A stretch of DNA of 64,000 bases. It comes from a virus (lineage: Duplodnaviria > Caudoviricetes). Positions 20,060 to 30,491 of this stretch are shown piece after piece (the stretch's first letter is position 1; each line of letters starts with the position of its first letter). The DNA lies in the IMG/VR virus record IMGVR_UViG_3300043395_004688. One strand, given 5' to 3'. Below the pieces are notes generated by a model. It had not been told where the DNA came from. It made no database searches and worked only from the letters and a program-made list of their open reading frames with translations. Position numbers and translations under genes: made by a program.

Positions 20060-20508
20060 TGGCCAGAAGTTACTCGCAAGGGTTTTATACGCTAATCCAT
20101 CCAGAAAAATATGTAGGATCTGGAACTCCAAAATATCGCAGTGGTTGGGAACTAACTTTTATGCGATTTTGTGATAACCATCCTAGTGTGATTAGCTGGG
20201 CCAGTGAAAATGTAAGAATACCTTACAAGAATCCTTTCACTGGCAGAGACACATTTTATGTTCCTGATTTTTTTGTAGTTTATCAAAACGGTGCTGGCCG
20301 CCAAGCCGAGCTCATTGAAATCAAGCCCAAAGGGCAAACAGTTATGGAACATGCTCGCAGTCAACAAGAAAAGGCTGCTGTGGCGCTTAACATGGTAAAA
20401 TGGCAAGCTGCACAGATATGGTGCAAGCGCATGGGTGCTAAATTTAGAGTATTAACAGAAGAAGATATCTACAATAATACTAATCCCACTAAGAAGCAGC
20501 GCAAATAG
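20059..20508 (+). CDS. gp4: Head completion nuclease (T4 gp4-like)
   Basis: YRSGWE..FM..CD, YVPDF and IEIKP (TnsA-like PD-(D/E)xK). Confidence 0.9.
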   Translation: MARSYSQGFYTLIHPEKYVGSGTPKYRSGWELTFMRFCDNHPSVISWASENVRIPYKNPFTGRDTFYVPDFFVVYQNGAGRQAELIEIKPKGQTVMEHARSQQEKAAVALNMVKWQAAQIWCKRMGAKFRVLTEEDIYNNTNPTKKQRK

Positions 20509-20521
20509 TCATAAGTAGTTC

Positions 20522-21034
20522 ATGACTAAAAAATTAGAAGAGGTATTTGGTTTTCCATCTATTGAGGAAACTAACCTCGAACTGAACACTCAAGCAGAAG
20601 CACAAGTTCCTGAAGAAATTCAACGCGAGCTAGAAACTGCTGCGGCTACAATTGACATGGCAAATCGTGTTGATATAGCTCTCCCAACAGTAACTGACAT
20701 GTCTAGTGCTGAACGCGAATTAGACAGTTTAGCTAGCAAAGCACAGGAACAGAGTGAACGCTTAATGGATTTAGGATTTAATGTTGACGACAGGAATGCT
20801 GGTAAAATCTTTGAAGTGGCTGCACAGTTATTAAAAACAGCAGTAGATGCAAAAACTGCCAAGCTTGAAAAGAAGCTCAAAATGGTTGAACTGCAACTAC
20901 GCAAAGCTCGCCTAGACAGCGACAAAAAAGAAAATCCAGACAATAATGTACTTGATGCAACAGACAATGGCGTAGTTGGCAATCGCAATGACATTGTAAA
21001 AGCCATCCTAAAGAGTGTGGGTAATAATAAATAG
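20522..21034 (+). CDS. Terminase small subunit-like
   Basis: Helical protein, RNAGKIFEVAAQLLKTA; lies upstream of TerL. Confidence 0.6.
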   Translation: MTKKLEEVFGFPSIEETNLELNTQAEAQVPEEIQRELETAAATIDMANRVDIALPTVTDMSSAERELDSLASKAQEQSERLMDLGFNVDDRNAGKIFEVAAQLLKTAVDAKTAKLEKKLKMVELQLRKARLDSDKKENPDNNVLDATDNGVVGNRNDIVKAILKSVGNNK

Positions 21035-21054
21035 TCACATGAGAGGATTTAATT

Positions 21055-21660
21055 ATGCCCAGTTTATTAGAATACATTAATCAACTACAGCGAGAACATC
21101 GTTATCGCGTAAAAATGATATTCTCACCTTCTGAAAAGCAACTTGAAGTACTAGAGCGACACATGAAAAAATACGACGCTCTTGAGGTTAGCCGCCCAGA
21201 AAAGCTCATGTTACAATCAAAGCCAATGGATTTCCCGCAGTACGCAGGGCATGAAGTTGTTATTGTTGATGTAGTAACTCGTTTACCAGTTAGCCATCCA
21301 ACTTTGGAAGCAGAATTGCGCGGCTTGCTTTTTGTTCCAGAAGGAACACTACGAGTTATTGGTCGCGATGAGCCAAGTGAGAAAGAAGCAAACGAAAAGA
21401 AAACAGCACCAATTACAGGCACAGACTACACTGAAGCCGAAGCAAACGCAATTTCACCGGACCAAGTTGCAGGCGACAAATACAATCAAAATCTTTTAAA
21501 AGACTTAGATGCTGCTCGCAAAGATGTCAAGGCTGGAATTGTCAAATCAGAAGCCAAGTCTGAATCCAAAGATGCTGGACCAGACTTTGAGGCAAAGCAG
21601 AGTGCAAGTCCGCTGAGTGGTGCTAAAAACCCCAAGATGCCAAAAGGAGATAAAAAATGA
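21055..21660 (+). CDS. Hypothetical virion protein
   Basis: 201 aa; SD GAGG; TAAATA box at 21028. Confidence 0.7.
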   Translation: MPSLLEYINQLQREHRYRVKMIFSPSEKQLEVLERHMKKYDALEVSRPEKLMLQSKPMDFPQYAGHEVVIVDVVTRLPVSHPTLEAELRGLLFVPEGTLRVIGRDEPSEKEANEKKTAPITGTDYTEAEANAISPDQVAGDKYNQNLLKDLDAARKDVKAGIVKSEAKSESKDAGPDFEAKQSASPLSGAKNPKMPKGDKK

Positions 21661-22724
21661 GCAATCCAAGAGACGACTCAGATGGCGTTGAACTACATGG
21701 TAGTTTCAATGTCAAACAATTTGCTGAAATGTTAGGCTTGGATCCCAGCGATACAACCCGTTTGGCTAATTTTATTCGCAAACATAAGTCAGGACAGCGT
21801 CCTAGTTATCAAGAGGTAGGCTCTGCTGCCAAGGCCTTTATTGGCCTGGTAGATGCTCCTCAGGATATTACCAACAAAGCAGCTCTTATGTTGAGAAGAG
21901 TTGATGCTGAAAAGTATCATCAGAAACAAGAAAGTGTTCAAGCAGTAGCAGAAGGCATTCGAATGGCCAAAGAAGGCATAGAAGAATGTTGGAATGACAT
22001 GGAGGGTCAAGCAATGACACAAGACAACGCAGGCGAGCAAATGTCAGTAACAATTTCTATGCCAGGCAAGAATATCAGTGTTACTACAGACAGCGCCGAT
22101 GAAATTGGAAATATCCTACGCCTGGCAGGCATTAATGTAGGCGGTGTAGCATCAGGAGATGTAGATGGTGACGGCGATCATGACATGGCCGACCACAACG
22201 CAGAAGCACCAACCGGTGAACCAGCTGTGCTATATGTTGGTGCCGGTGATGCCCAACCTGCAATGCCTAGCGAAGTTCCTGGCGATGTAGATGGTGACGG
22301 CGACCATGACATGTCTGATCATAAAGCAGAAATGTCCGACGACAAAGAACCAAAAGAATCAGCTAAACCAGATTTCACTGATGTTGACAATGACGGCAAC
22401 GAAAAAGAATCTTGGGAAGATGCAGAAGAAGACAAGGACGAAGCCAAGAACGAGTCCATTCGTATTCTAGCTCTTGCTGGTCTCGACGAAAGCAAGCTGA
22501 TGAACAGCCCAGCTGGTACATCAATGGATGAACCAAAGGTGTTTGATAACTTGCCTAGTGAAAAAGGCACAGGCGCAGGCAAGCCAGACTACGGTACACG
22601 CCAAAGTAACATGGGCGGCGAAAACCCAATGGCCCTACACAGCTTAGATATGGAAGAATCATTCCAGGCTGCTATGGGCGAGTACAGAAAGTTTGTTGCT
22701 GAAAATATTAGCAAGAAAAAGTAA
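21657..22724 (+). CDS. Acidic probable head-internal protein with DxDxDG motifs
   Basis: GDVDGDGDHDM twice and DVDNDG once; several xxE-(S/G/A) putative cleavage sites. Confidence 0.65.
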   Translation: MSNPRDDSDGVELHGSFNVKQFAEMLGLDPSDTTRLANFIRKHKSGQRPSYQEVGSAAKAFIGLVDAPQDITNKAALMLRRVDAEKYHQKQESVQAVAEGIRMAKEGIEECWNDMEGQAMTQDNAGEQMSVTISMPGKNISVTTDSADEIGNILRLAGINVGGVASGDVDGDGDHDMADHNAEAPTGEPAVLYVGAGDAQPAMPSEVPGDVDGDGDHDMSDHKAEMSDDKEPKESAKPDFTDVDNDGNEKESWEDAEEDKDEAKNESIRILALAGLDESKLMNSPAGTSMDEPKVFDNLPSEKGTGAGKPDYGTRQSNMGGENPMALHSLDMEESFQAAMGEYRKFVAENISKKK

Positions 22725-22739
22725 GCAAGGAGGCCGGCC

Positions 22740-24290
22740 TTGGCCTTAGAAAATGTTTTTGTAAAATCACCTTTTAAAGTAGAAAAGTTCACGGACGACA
22801 ACGTCCGTGAGCTTGCCTTGTGCGCTCAAGATCCTGTATACTTCATTGACAACTATTGTTGGGTTCAGCATCCCATTCGAGGCAAGGTCAAGTTTGAACT
22901 TTACGACTATCAAAAAGAACTAATAAATTGCTATCACGAAAATCGCTATAGTATCAACATGCTTGGGCGACAGATGGGCAAGACTGCCTGTGCGGCTGCT
23001 TATCTAGTGTGGTATGCTATGTTTATACCAGATAGCACAATTCTCATTGCCGCACACAAGTTTGCTGGTGCTCAAGAAATTATGCAAAGGGTTCGTTATA
23101 CCTATGAAACATTGCCTCATTGGTTGAAGGCCGGTGCTACCAGTTACAACAAAGGTAGCATTGACTTTGACAACGGTTCGCGCATTGTATCAACTACCAC
23201 AACTGAAACAACTGCTCGCGGTATGAGTTTGTCACTGATCTACTTAGACGAGTTTGCATTCGTTAAACCAAGAATTGCCAGCGAGTTTTGGACTTCTATT
23301 TCACCAACACTATCAACTGGTGGTAAGTGTATTATTACAAGTACACCCAACCAAGACGATGATCAGTTTGCTAGAATTTGGAAAGACGCTACAAAGAACA
23401 TTGACGAGTACGGAAACACTACCAAGATTGGTCGTAACGGATTCTCTCACATCAAGTTCATATGGAGTGCTCATCCAGAGCGTGACGAAGTATGGGCTCA
23501 GGTAGAAAGAAGCAAGATTGGTGAAGAAAGATTCTTGCGCGAACACGAATGTGAATTTATTATTGCTGATGAGACCTTGGTAAATTCTATGAAGTTGGTT
23601 ACCATGGAAAGCCGAGATCCTAGCAGCAAGCTTGGGCAAGTTCGTATTTTTAAATATCCGCAGCCTCAAGGAGCCTATGTTATAGGATGGGATCCTAGCT
23701 TAGGAACTGGAGGAGATCCGGCAGCTATTCAAGTTTTCAAACTGCCTGAACTAGAGCAAATTGCTGAGTGGCAACACAACAAAACTGATGTGCAAGGTCA
23801 GCTTAGAACACTAGTTGAAATTTTAAAATGGCTCAAAGACGAAACTCGAGGCACAGCCGAGCTATACTGGAGTGTGGAAAACAACACCATAGGTGAAGCA
23901 GCACTTATTAGCATACGCGAATACGGCGAGCAAAACATTCCGGGCACATTTGTCCAAGAAATTCGAAGAGCAGGACAGAGTCGCGGTCGCCGGGGATTCA
24001 ACACAACGCATAAAGCTAAAATTACAGCCTGTATGCGACTTAAGAACTATGTTGAAAGCGACAAAATGACCATTTACAGTCATAATCTACTGCGCGAACT
24101 CAAGAACTTTATTGCCCGGGGCGCAAGCTTTGCAGCCAAAGATGGTGAAACAGACGATCTAGTAATGGCAACCATCCTAATGCTCCGCATAGTAGAAGTA
24201 GTAATGACCTGGGACGCTAACACCTATGACAGGCTGGTAAATGCAGGTTCTGAGGAAGTTCTAAAGCCCATGCCAATAGGCTTCTTGTAA
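22740..24290 (+). CDS. gp17: Terminase large subunit
   Basis: GRQMGKT Walker A, LIYLDEFAF Walker B, ITSTPN coupling motif, RNase H-like GWDPS, ENN and DDLVMA. TTG start after AGGAGG. Confidence 0.97.
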   Translation: MALENVFVKSPFKVEKFTDDNVRELALCAQDPVYFIDNYCWVQHPIRGKVKFELYDYQKELINCYHENRYSINMLGRQMGKTACAAAYLVWYAMFIPDSTILIAAHKFAGAQEIMQRVRYTYETLPHWLKAGATSYNKGSIDFDNGSRIVSTTTTETTARGMSLSLIYLDEFAFVKPRIASEFWTSISPTLSTGGKCIITSTPNQDDDQFARIWKDATKNIDEYGNTTKIGRNGFSHIKFIWSAHPERDEVWAQVERSKIGEERFLREHECEFIIADETLVNSMKLVTMESRDPSSKLGQVRIFKYPQPQGAYVIGWDPSLGTGGDPAAIQVFKLPELEQIAEWQHNKTDVQGQLRTLVEILKWLKDETRGTAELYWSVENNTIGEAALISIREYGEQNIPGTFVQEIRRAGQSRGRRGFNTTHKAKITACMRLKNYVESDKMTIYSHNLLRELKNFIARGASFAAKDGETDDLVMATILMLRIVEVVMTWDANTYDRLVNAGSEEVLKPMPIGFL

Positions 24291-24302
24291 CTAAATACAC
24301 AC

Positions 24303-25154
24303 ATGTCAACGATTACCGATATTTCCAAAGAAATTGCTGCTGCTGTTGCCGGAGTTAGCCACGATGCTAATTTCAAGGATTCTGACGGCAACGATACCCT
24401 ACAGCAAGAACAAGCAACTTATTTGTATTTGCCAAAGTTTGGCATGATGGTTTTTATTAATCATGAAAACAGCGATGTTGAAATTTGGTATGATCCTGTA
24501 AAAACAGACGATGAATGGCTTGCAAATAATTTTAAGCCAATGCTAGAAGCTATTGCCCGTCGTTATTTGTATGGAACCAGCGTTCGTAGCTATGAAGGTG
24601 ATATTAAACCAAAACAGCTAAGTCATAGAACTGAGGTAACCGAAAGCCGTAACAGTTTAAAAATCAGCTACCACCCATTGGGAGATACTCAAATTAGAGT
24701 AGCTCATACCAAGTCAATTACTGAAGAAAAGCCAGGTGCTCGTAGTCGAAACATCAAGGCAGTATTCATTGAGAAAGATGGAGAGCGTTTTCGCTTCCCT
24801 TATAATCATTTGATGGGTGCTCGTGTTATGGGCTTGCATGTTGAAAGCGGTGGCAGACCTTGGGACGATCTTGGTGAGAAGATCTTAGAAATTAGCCGTC
24901 GTCGCCGAGAAATCATGGAACTGCTACGCTGGTCAAAGAAACTTGAAGAAACTGACCACATTACAGAAATTAAAAAGCGTGGCAAAGATGAAGTCTTTAT
25001 GATTCGTCGTATGATGGAGCGAGCAGCTCGTACCGGCGACTTATCTGAAATCCGTGAATTTCAACTACCTGCAAAAGACAAAATGATTGAACAATCAATG
25101 GTCAGCGAAGCAGTTGGCGAGCTCAGTGATTCACTAAGCAAATTACTAAGTTAA
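24303..25154 (+). CDS. Hypothetical late protein
   Basis: 283 aa; TAAATA box 5 nt before the ATG. Confidence 0.7.
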   Translation: MSTITDISKEIAAAVAGVSHDANFKDSDGNDTLQQEQATYLYLPKFGMMVFINHENSDVEIWYDPVKTDDEWLANNFKPMLEAIARRYLYGTSVRSYEGDIKPKQLSHRTEVTESRNSLKISYHPLGDTQIRVAHTKSITEEKPGARSRNIKAVFIEKDGERFRFPYNHLMGARVMGLHVESGGRPWDDLGEKILEISRRRREIMELLRWSKKLEETDHITEIKKRGKDEVFMIRRMMERAARTGDLSEIREFQLPAKDKMIEQSMVSEAVGELSDSLSKLLS

Positions 25155-25157
25155 TTT

Positions 25158-25183
25158 AAAAAGCCCCTTAAAAGGGGCTTTTT
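25158..25183. terminator. Bidirectional terminator
   Basis: aaaaagcccc-ttaaaa-ggggcttttt between convergent genes. Confidence 0.9.
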
Positions 25184-25184
25184 A

Positions 25185-25274
25185 TTACACCAATCGTTCT
25201 ATACAGATAAAGTTGTTATTCCAGCTAGCATCAATTACACGAACACCATTTAGTGATACACCTTGTATTATCAT
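25185..25274 (-). CDS. 29-aa [32 protein letters not shown] (absent from the track)
   Basis: Translated by hand. ATGA overlap with the collagen fibre stop, and a double TAA stop just before the terminator. Confidence 0.55.
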   Translation of the reverse strand: MIIQGVSLNGVRVIDASWNNNFICIERLV

Positions 25275-27748
25275 ACTAGTCGTTCAATAGAAATCATATT
25301 GTTGGCGTAGCCGGGACCTATCACAAACGAGATGCGCCAGGCTAGTCCAGCACCGGTGTCATTGATAGTCCAAGTGCCACTGTCGCCTGCAACGGTAAAG
25401 TTGTTGACAGCGTTCAAGTAAGCAGGAGTTGTTGTTACACTCAATGGTGACACGCTGGTAATATTAGTGCCACCTATTGTACCGGCAGCATTGTAGACGC
25501 TAGATCCGTATACAGAGTAAGTTCCGCTAACAGTTGATACCTGCAAACTGCGATTGCCTGATGTTGGTATTCTTGCTCGTAGATTACCTAATGTGACATC
25601 AACACCTGCGTTGACGAACCCACTCGCTCTGTTATTCAGTAGTGTACCTACTCCTGTTGCGGCTATTGATAGATCAATATAAGCACCTCTATAGTTGCTG
25701 CCATTTTCATAAATTCTAACTCTATCTACATACTGATCAATAACAACATTACTGCCACTTAGGCTAGAATTAGGTGATTTAGCTAATTGTACTTCGCCGC
25801 CCTCGTTGGCACTGGCATTTGTAGAAACTAAAGTATTTCCGCTGACCGCGCCGGTTGCAGTGATAGTGCTAACAGAACCTAATGTTACTGTAGGATTGAT
25901 TTGGGTGACTTCCATATGAGCATAGTCACCCGAAACCTCAATAGTATTGCCTGTTGTTTGGCGTAATTCATAAGTTGTATTCGAGCTAGGTGATACTATA
26001 GCTTTAGCATTATTAGTTGTGCCTATTGCACCAGGAGCACTAACAACTTCGCTGAAACCTTCTACACCGACATAAGCACCGTTAGTCACATCATACCAAC
26101 GGAACATACCCCAGGTACTACTGGAAACAAATCTTCCTATAATGGCTTCAAGTTTGTATGTGTGGCCACCAGTGAGTCTGACTTGTGTATTGCTGATCTT
26201 GTTGATTAAATTACCATTACTGTTTAATGTTGTTTGGAAGTTAATGGGTTGACCTATTCCAATCCCACTTTGGGTGGCGTTATTTTTTGCGAATAGATAA
26301 CTGCTGTTTATCAGTCCAGTGGCTGTAAGTGCTTCACCGTTGAGTGTAATACTGCCGGCATCGATGCTTGTTAAACCAGTAAATGAAGTTGGCTTGTTGG
26401 TTAGATCATCGTAGTCTCCACTGGTCGCTACTGTGGCCAATGTTGGAGTATTTGCAATTTGACTATATTGTATATTAGGAATATCACGACCATCAACATT
26501 AATACGATTGCCAGGACCCAAGTCAGTCCAATAAGTTGTATTTGATGTTGGCAAACTTTCATTGTCATAATTTGCCACAAATATATTACCGTTGTCATAA
26601 ACCACATCGCCGGCCAAATAACGAGTACCATCGGCAATAGTATGATTCACTGTCCATTGTGGTGCAGACCTAATTATAGTTGGGGTATTAGTTAGATCAT
26701 TGTAATCACCGCTAAATGGTGCAGGCAAATCGCCGAGGGTAATAAACCCGGCGCTATTAGTTAATTGATTAGTATCCGTAGGAATAGTCGGAGTGTTGGT
26801 TAAGTCATTATAGTCGCCAGTATAGGCTGTGGTTTGAATTGTGTAATCTGGAAATACTAAAGTTCCATTAGTCTTAAGTTGCCAAAAGTTTCCAGAATCA
26901 AGTGTTCCTAATAATAAATCAACACCAGCATTACTAAACATCTGCGCTGTGCCATACTGCGAAGTTGGCACTTTGATATAGCCTTGTGCTTCTAAGGTAA
27001 AGTTATAGCTGCCGTTAGTAAGCTGATTAGTACTGGCAGAAATTATTGGCTTGTTTGTTAGGTCATTGTAATCACCACTGAATGGTGCTGGCACATCTGC
27101 TAGGGTAATAAAACCACTATCGTTTGTTAATTGATTCGTTGAAGTTGGTATTGAGGGTTTGTTGGTTAGGTCATTATAATCACCGCTAAATGTACCATCA
27201 CCTGCTGCCCATGTCAAATTGCCTACGCCATCATTTTTTAAATATCCAAAAGCATCTGCTGGTAAATTTGCAGCGCCATCTGCTCCAGCTGGACCTTGTT
27301 CGCCTGTATCTCCTTTGGGTCCTTGTGGTCCCTGTGGACCTGTTTCACCTGTATCTCCCTTAGGTCCTTGTGGACCTGTAGCACCTGTTTCACCTGTATC
27401 TCCCTTAGGTCCTTGTGGACCTGTAGCACCTGTTTCACCGGTATCTCCTTTGGGTCCTGGTGCGCCATCTGCTCCAGCTGGACCTGTTTCACCGGTATCT
27501 CCTTTAGGTCCTGGTGCGCCATCTGCTCCAGCTGGACCTGTGGCACCTGTAGCACCTGTTTCACCAGTATCACCTTTTGGTCCCTGCGCCCCGATTCCTC
27601 CTCCGCCAATTAAAGTACCACCGGCAACAGTACCGTCATGATAATAAAGATTACCATTTCTATAGGTGATCTCACCAAGTCTTCCGTAGTGGGTCGATGG
27701 GTTTGCTTCGTTAACCTTAAAGGTTAGAATTTTTCGAAAAGCAGTCAT
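25271..27748 (-). CDS. Collagen-like fibre/decoration protein
   Basis: 36 Gly-X-Y triplets, five GDY(N/D)DLTN(K/T)P repeats, a CBM5/12-like segment and a beta-sandwich C-terminal region. TAAATA box at 27785-27790 (minus strand). Confidence 0.85.
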   Translation of the reverse strand: MTAFRKILTFKVNEANPSTHYGRLGEITYRNGNLYYHDGTVAGGTLIGGGGIGAQGPKGDTGETGATGATGPAGADGAPGPKGDTGETGPAGADGAPGPKGDTGETGATGPQGPKGDTGETGATGPQGPKGDTGETGPQGPQGPKGDTGEQGPAGADGAANLPADAFGYLKNDGVGNLTWAAGDGTFSGDYNDLTNKPSIPTSTNQLTNDSGFITLADVPAPFSGDYNDLTNKPIISASTNQLTNGSYNFTLEAQGYIKVPTSQYGTAQMFSNAGVDLLLGTLDSGNFWQLKTNGTLVFPDYTIQTTAYTGDYNDLTNTPTIPTDTNQLTNSAGFITLGDLPAPFSGDYNDLTNTPTIIRSAPQWTVNHTIADGTRYLAGDVVYDNGNIFVANYDNESLPTSNTTYWTDLGPGNRINVDGRDIPNIQYSQIANTPTLATVATSGDYDDLTNKPTSFTGLTSIDAGSITLNGEALTATGLINSSYLFAKNNATQSGIGIGQPINFQTTLNSNGNLINKISNTQVRLTGGHTYKLEAIIGRFVSSSTWGMFRWYDVTNGAYVGVEGFSEVVSAPGAIGTTNNAKAIVSPSSNTTYELRQTTGNTIEVSGDYAHMEVTQINPTVTLGSVSTITATGAVSGNTLVSTNASANEGGEVQLAKSPNSSLSGSNVVIDQYVDRVRIYENGSNYRGAYIDLSIAATGVGTLLNNRASGFVNAGVDVTLGNLRARIPTSGNRSLQVSTVSGTYSVYGSSVYNAAGTIGGTNITSVSPLSVTTTPAYLNAVNNFTVAGDSGTWTINDTGAGLAWRISFVIGPGYANNMISIERLV
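27269..27592 (-). repeat. Collagen Gly-X-Y repeat (GPKGDTGET / GPAGADGAP units)
   Basis: 36 consecutive triplets counted in the translation. Confidence 0.95.
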
Positions 27749-27933
27749 ATTGTATCCTTTGCATCAGCAATGTAGCTATTTTCATATTTACCGTTATTTG
27801 GCGAAATTGGCTATTGCTTTTTGTCTGCGGTCATAAGTACAATACAACACATGCAAAGACAATCTGAGCATGAGTTGTTTGGCTCACTAAGAGACTAACA
27901 CTAATAATGGCTAATATATAAAGGAAAAACATT

Positions 27934-28923
27934 ATGGCTTCTCTAGCAGAAATCCGCGCTCGCCTAGCCGAGCAGGCAGCAAAATCCGGTGGTTCTAATA
28001 CCGGTACCGGTGACAACGCAATTTTCGCACACTGGAACATCCCCGAAGGTACATCCGCATCAATTCGTTTCCTCCCAGACGGCGACGATTCCAACACATT
28101 TTTCTGGCGTGAGCGTCAGATGATGCGTTTTGAGTTCGCTGGTGTTAAGGGCGGCGACGAAAACAAAAAGGTTGTAGTCCAGGTTCCTTGCGTTGAAATG
28201 TGGGGCGAGACTTGCCCTGTACACGCACAAATCCGTCCTTGGTTTAAGGATCCTAACATGGAGTCTTTGGGCCGTAAGTATTGGAAGAAGCGTAGTTATG
28301 TGTTCCAGGGCTTTGTTGTAAACAGCCCCATTGAGGAACAAAACACTCCAGAAAATCCTATTCGTAGGTTTATCATCAGTCCTCAGATCTTTACCATCAT
28401 CAAGCAGGCACTAATGGATCCTGAGATGGAAGAACTGCCAACTGATTATCAGCGTGGTACCGACTTCCGTTTGAACAAGACCCAGAAGGGTGGCTATGCT
28501 GACTACTCTACCAGCTCATGGGCTCGTAAGGAGCGTGGTCTAAACGAAACCGAGTTGCAGGCTATTGCAACTCACGGCTTGTTCAACTTGAACGACTTCA
28601 TGCCCAAGCGTCCGGGTGTAGACGAAGTTCGTGCCATCGTTGAGATGTTTGAAGCATCTGTAGATGGTCAGTTGTATGATCCAGATCGTTGGAGCAAGTT
28701 CTATCGCCCAACCGGCGTGCAGTTGGCTGGTTCGTCTACAGCTTCCAAGACTGATGACGATGTAGATGAAGATACGCCTGCGCCAGTGGCTTCCAAGCCA
28801 GTAGCGGCCCCTGCGTCAAAGCCTGCGGCACCAGTTGCTACAGCGGCAGCACCAGCAGCCGAGGGTGGAGCCAAGCCCAGCGTTGATGATATCCTTAAGA
28901 TGATTCGTAGCCGTCAGACCTAA
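27934..28923 (+). CDS. gp32: Single-stranded DNA-binding protein
   Basis: IRFLPD, CVEMWGETCPV, YWKKRSYVFQ and YADYSTS motifs; A/P-rich linker. Confidence 0.9.
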   Translation: MASLAEIRARLAEQAAKSGGSNTGTGDNAIFAHWNIPEGTSASIRFLPDGDDSNTFFWRERQMMRFEFAGVKGGDENKKVVVQVPCVEMWGETCPVHAQIRPWFKDPNMESLGRKYWKKRSYVFQGFVVNSPIEEQNTPENPIRRFIISPQIFTIIKQALMDPEMEELPTDYQRGTDFRLNKTQKGGYADYSTSSWARKERGLNETELQAIATHGLFNLNDFMPKRPGVDEVRAIVEMFEASVDGQLYDPDRWSKFYRPTGVQLAGSSTASKTDDDVDEDTPAPVASKPVAAPASKPAAPVATAAAPAAEGGAKPSVDDILKMIRSRQT

Positions 28924-28937
28924 TTGACACTACACAA

Positions 28938-28961
28938 GGAGGGTAGATGATTCTACCCTCC
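28938..28961 (+). other. Strong intergenic hairpin without a U tract
   Basis: ggagggtaga-tgat-tctaccctcc between gp32 and uvsX; possible mRNA stabiliser or processing site. Confidence 0.6.
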
Positions 28962-28986
28962 TCATCATTAATAAAGGATAGATATC

Positions 28987-30081
28987 ATGGTTCAAAAAGC
29001 ATTTGATGTAAGTAAATTTAGAAAGAGCCTGACCAAGGCTGTGCCTGGCATGAGCTCAGGCTTCAACGATCCAAGAGACTGGATCAGTACTGGTAATCAC
29101 ACTCTCAACTACCTTATGACCGGCGACTTCAATCGCGGCATTCCACTGGGTAAGGTTACCATGTTTGCTGGTGAATCCGGCGCAGGCAAGAGTTACATCT
29201 GTTCGGGTAACCTTGTAAAGAACGCACAAGCACAGGGTATTCTCCCAGTGATCCTTGACAGCGAAAACGCACTGGACGAAGACTGGTTGCGAGCATTGGG
29301 TATTGACACAGCACCTGACAAGTTGATGCGCTTTGGTGTCAGCATGATCGATGAAGTGGCCAAGTTCATTTCAGAATTCATGAAGGAATACAAGGACGCA
29401 TATGGCGAGATGCCATACGAAGACCAGCAAAAGGTCTTGTTTGTTATTGACTCTGTGGGTATGTTGCTGACTCCTACCGACATCAACCAGTTTGAAGCCG
29501 GTGACATGAAAGGCGACATGGGTCGTAAGGCCAAGGCACTGACTGCCCTGATCAAGAACACCGTAAACAGGATTGCACCGCACCCAGTAGGGTTGGTTGT
29601 TACTAACCACACATACGCAAGCCAAGACATGTTTGACCCAGATGACAAGATTACTGGTGGACAGGGTTTTATCTATGCATCGAGTATGGTAGTGGCCATG
29701 CGTAAGCTCAAGTTGAAGACTGATGCTGACGGCAACAAGACTTCAACTGTAAATGGTATTCGTGCCGCATGTAAGATTATGAAAACTCGCTATTCAAAGC
29801 CATTTGAAAGTGTGCAGGTTGAAATTCCTTACTCCACAGGTATGGATCCTTATTCAGGTCTTGTTGACTTGTTTGAAGCTCGCGGCTGGTTGAAAAAGGA
29901 AGGCAACAAGCTGTCCTACACTACGCTAGACGGCGAAGTAATTAAGGAATTCCGTAAAGGCTACACAGATGAAATTCTCGATGTGATCATGAAGGATGTG
30001 GTTGCTCGCGGAACTGACATGGCTTACCAAGGGGCTATTAGTCCTAATGGTGAAGCTGACGCTGCTCCAATCGAAGAGTAA
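28987..30081 (+). CDS. uvsX: RecA-like recombinase
   Basis: GESGAGKS Walker A, DSENA, VIDSVG and NHTY. Confidence 0.95.
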   Translation: MVQKAFDVSKFRKSLTKAVPGMSSGFNDPRDWISTGNHTLNYLMTGDFNRGIPLGKVTMFAGESGAGKSYICSGNLVKNAQAQGILPVILDSENALDEDWLRALGIDTAPDKLMRFGVSMIDEVAKFISEFMKEYKDAYGEMPYEDQQKVLFVIDSVGMLLTPTDINQFEAGDMKGDMGRKAKALTALIKNTVNRIAPHPVGLVVTNHTYASQDMFDPDDKITGGQGFIYASSMVVAMRKLKLKTDADGNKTSTVNGIRAACKIMKTRYSKPFESVQVEIPYSTGMDPYSGLVDLFEARGWLKKEGNKLSYTTLDGEVIKEFRKGYTDEILDVIMKDVVARGTDMAYQGAISPNGEADAAPIEE

Positions 30082-30086
30082 TCAGC

Positions 30087-30467
30087 ATGTCTGATGACCA
30101 TGAAACATGGTTACGGGAACAAGGTGCAAGGATTGTTGGGAAGCAGTCCTTTCGCCGCTATATCCTAGACCGTATGCCAGTTAATTATACAGCTACGGAT
30201 ATGATGGCCACTGTGAATACTGTTGACGATTACCTCTATCATCTCGAAGTTCCTGCCGCTTTACTGGAGCGTTGGAGTAGGAACAGTAGACAATTAAAGC
30301 ATTTAATAGAGTTAGCAGACAGATACAATTCATCACCGGTGACTGAATATGCAAAAGGTGTTGAACGACACCAAGAGTTACTGCGCGAAAATCCAATGTA
30401 CAAAGAAGCCTGGCGAGAATTTCAGTCCATTAGAGCCTTGCTTGGTGAAAATACATATTGGCCTTAA
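30087..30467 (+). CDS. Hypothetical protein
   Basis: 126-aa ORF directly after uvsX. Confidence 0.7.
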   Translation: MSDDHETWLREQGARIVGKQSFRRYILDRMPVNYTATDMMATVNTVDDYLYHLEVPAALLERWSRNSRQLKHLIELADRYNSSPVTEYAKGVERHQELLRENPMYKEAWREFQSIRALLGENTYWP

Positions 30468-30491
30468 CACAAATTTTTGCTATACTGTACT

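Noticed and set aside
27219-27641. Alternative-frame and antisense ORFs over the collagen repeat
   Set aside because: Stop-free frames are a by-product of the repeated Gly-X-Y DNA.
2-27748. Diversity-generating retroelement or shufflon acting on fibres
   Set aside because: No reverse transcriptase or invertase, and no TR/VR pair differing only at adenines was seen.
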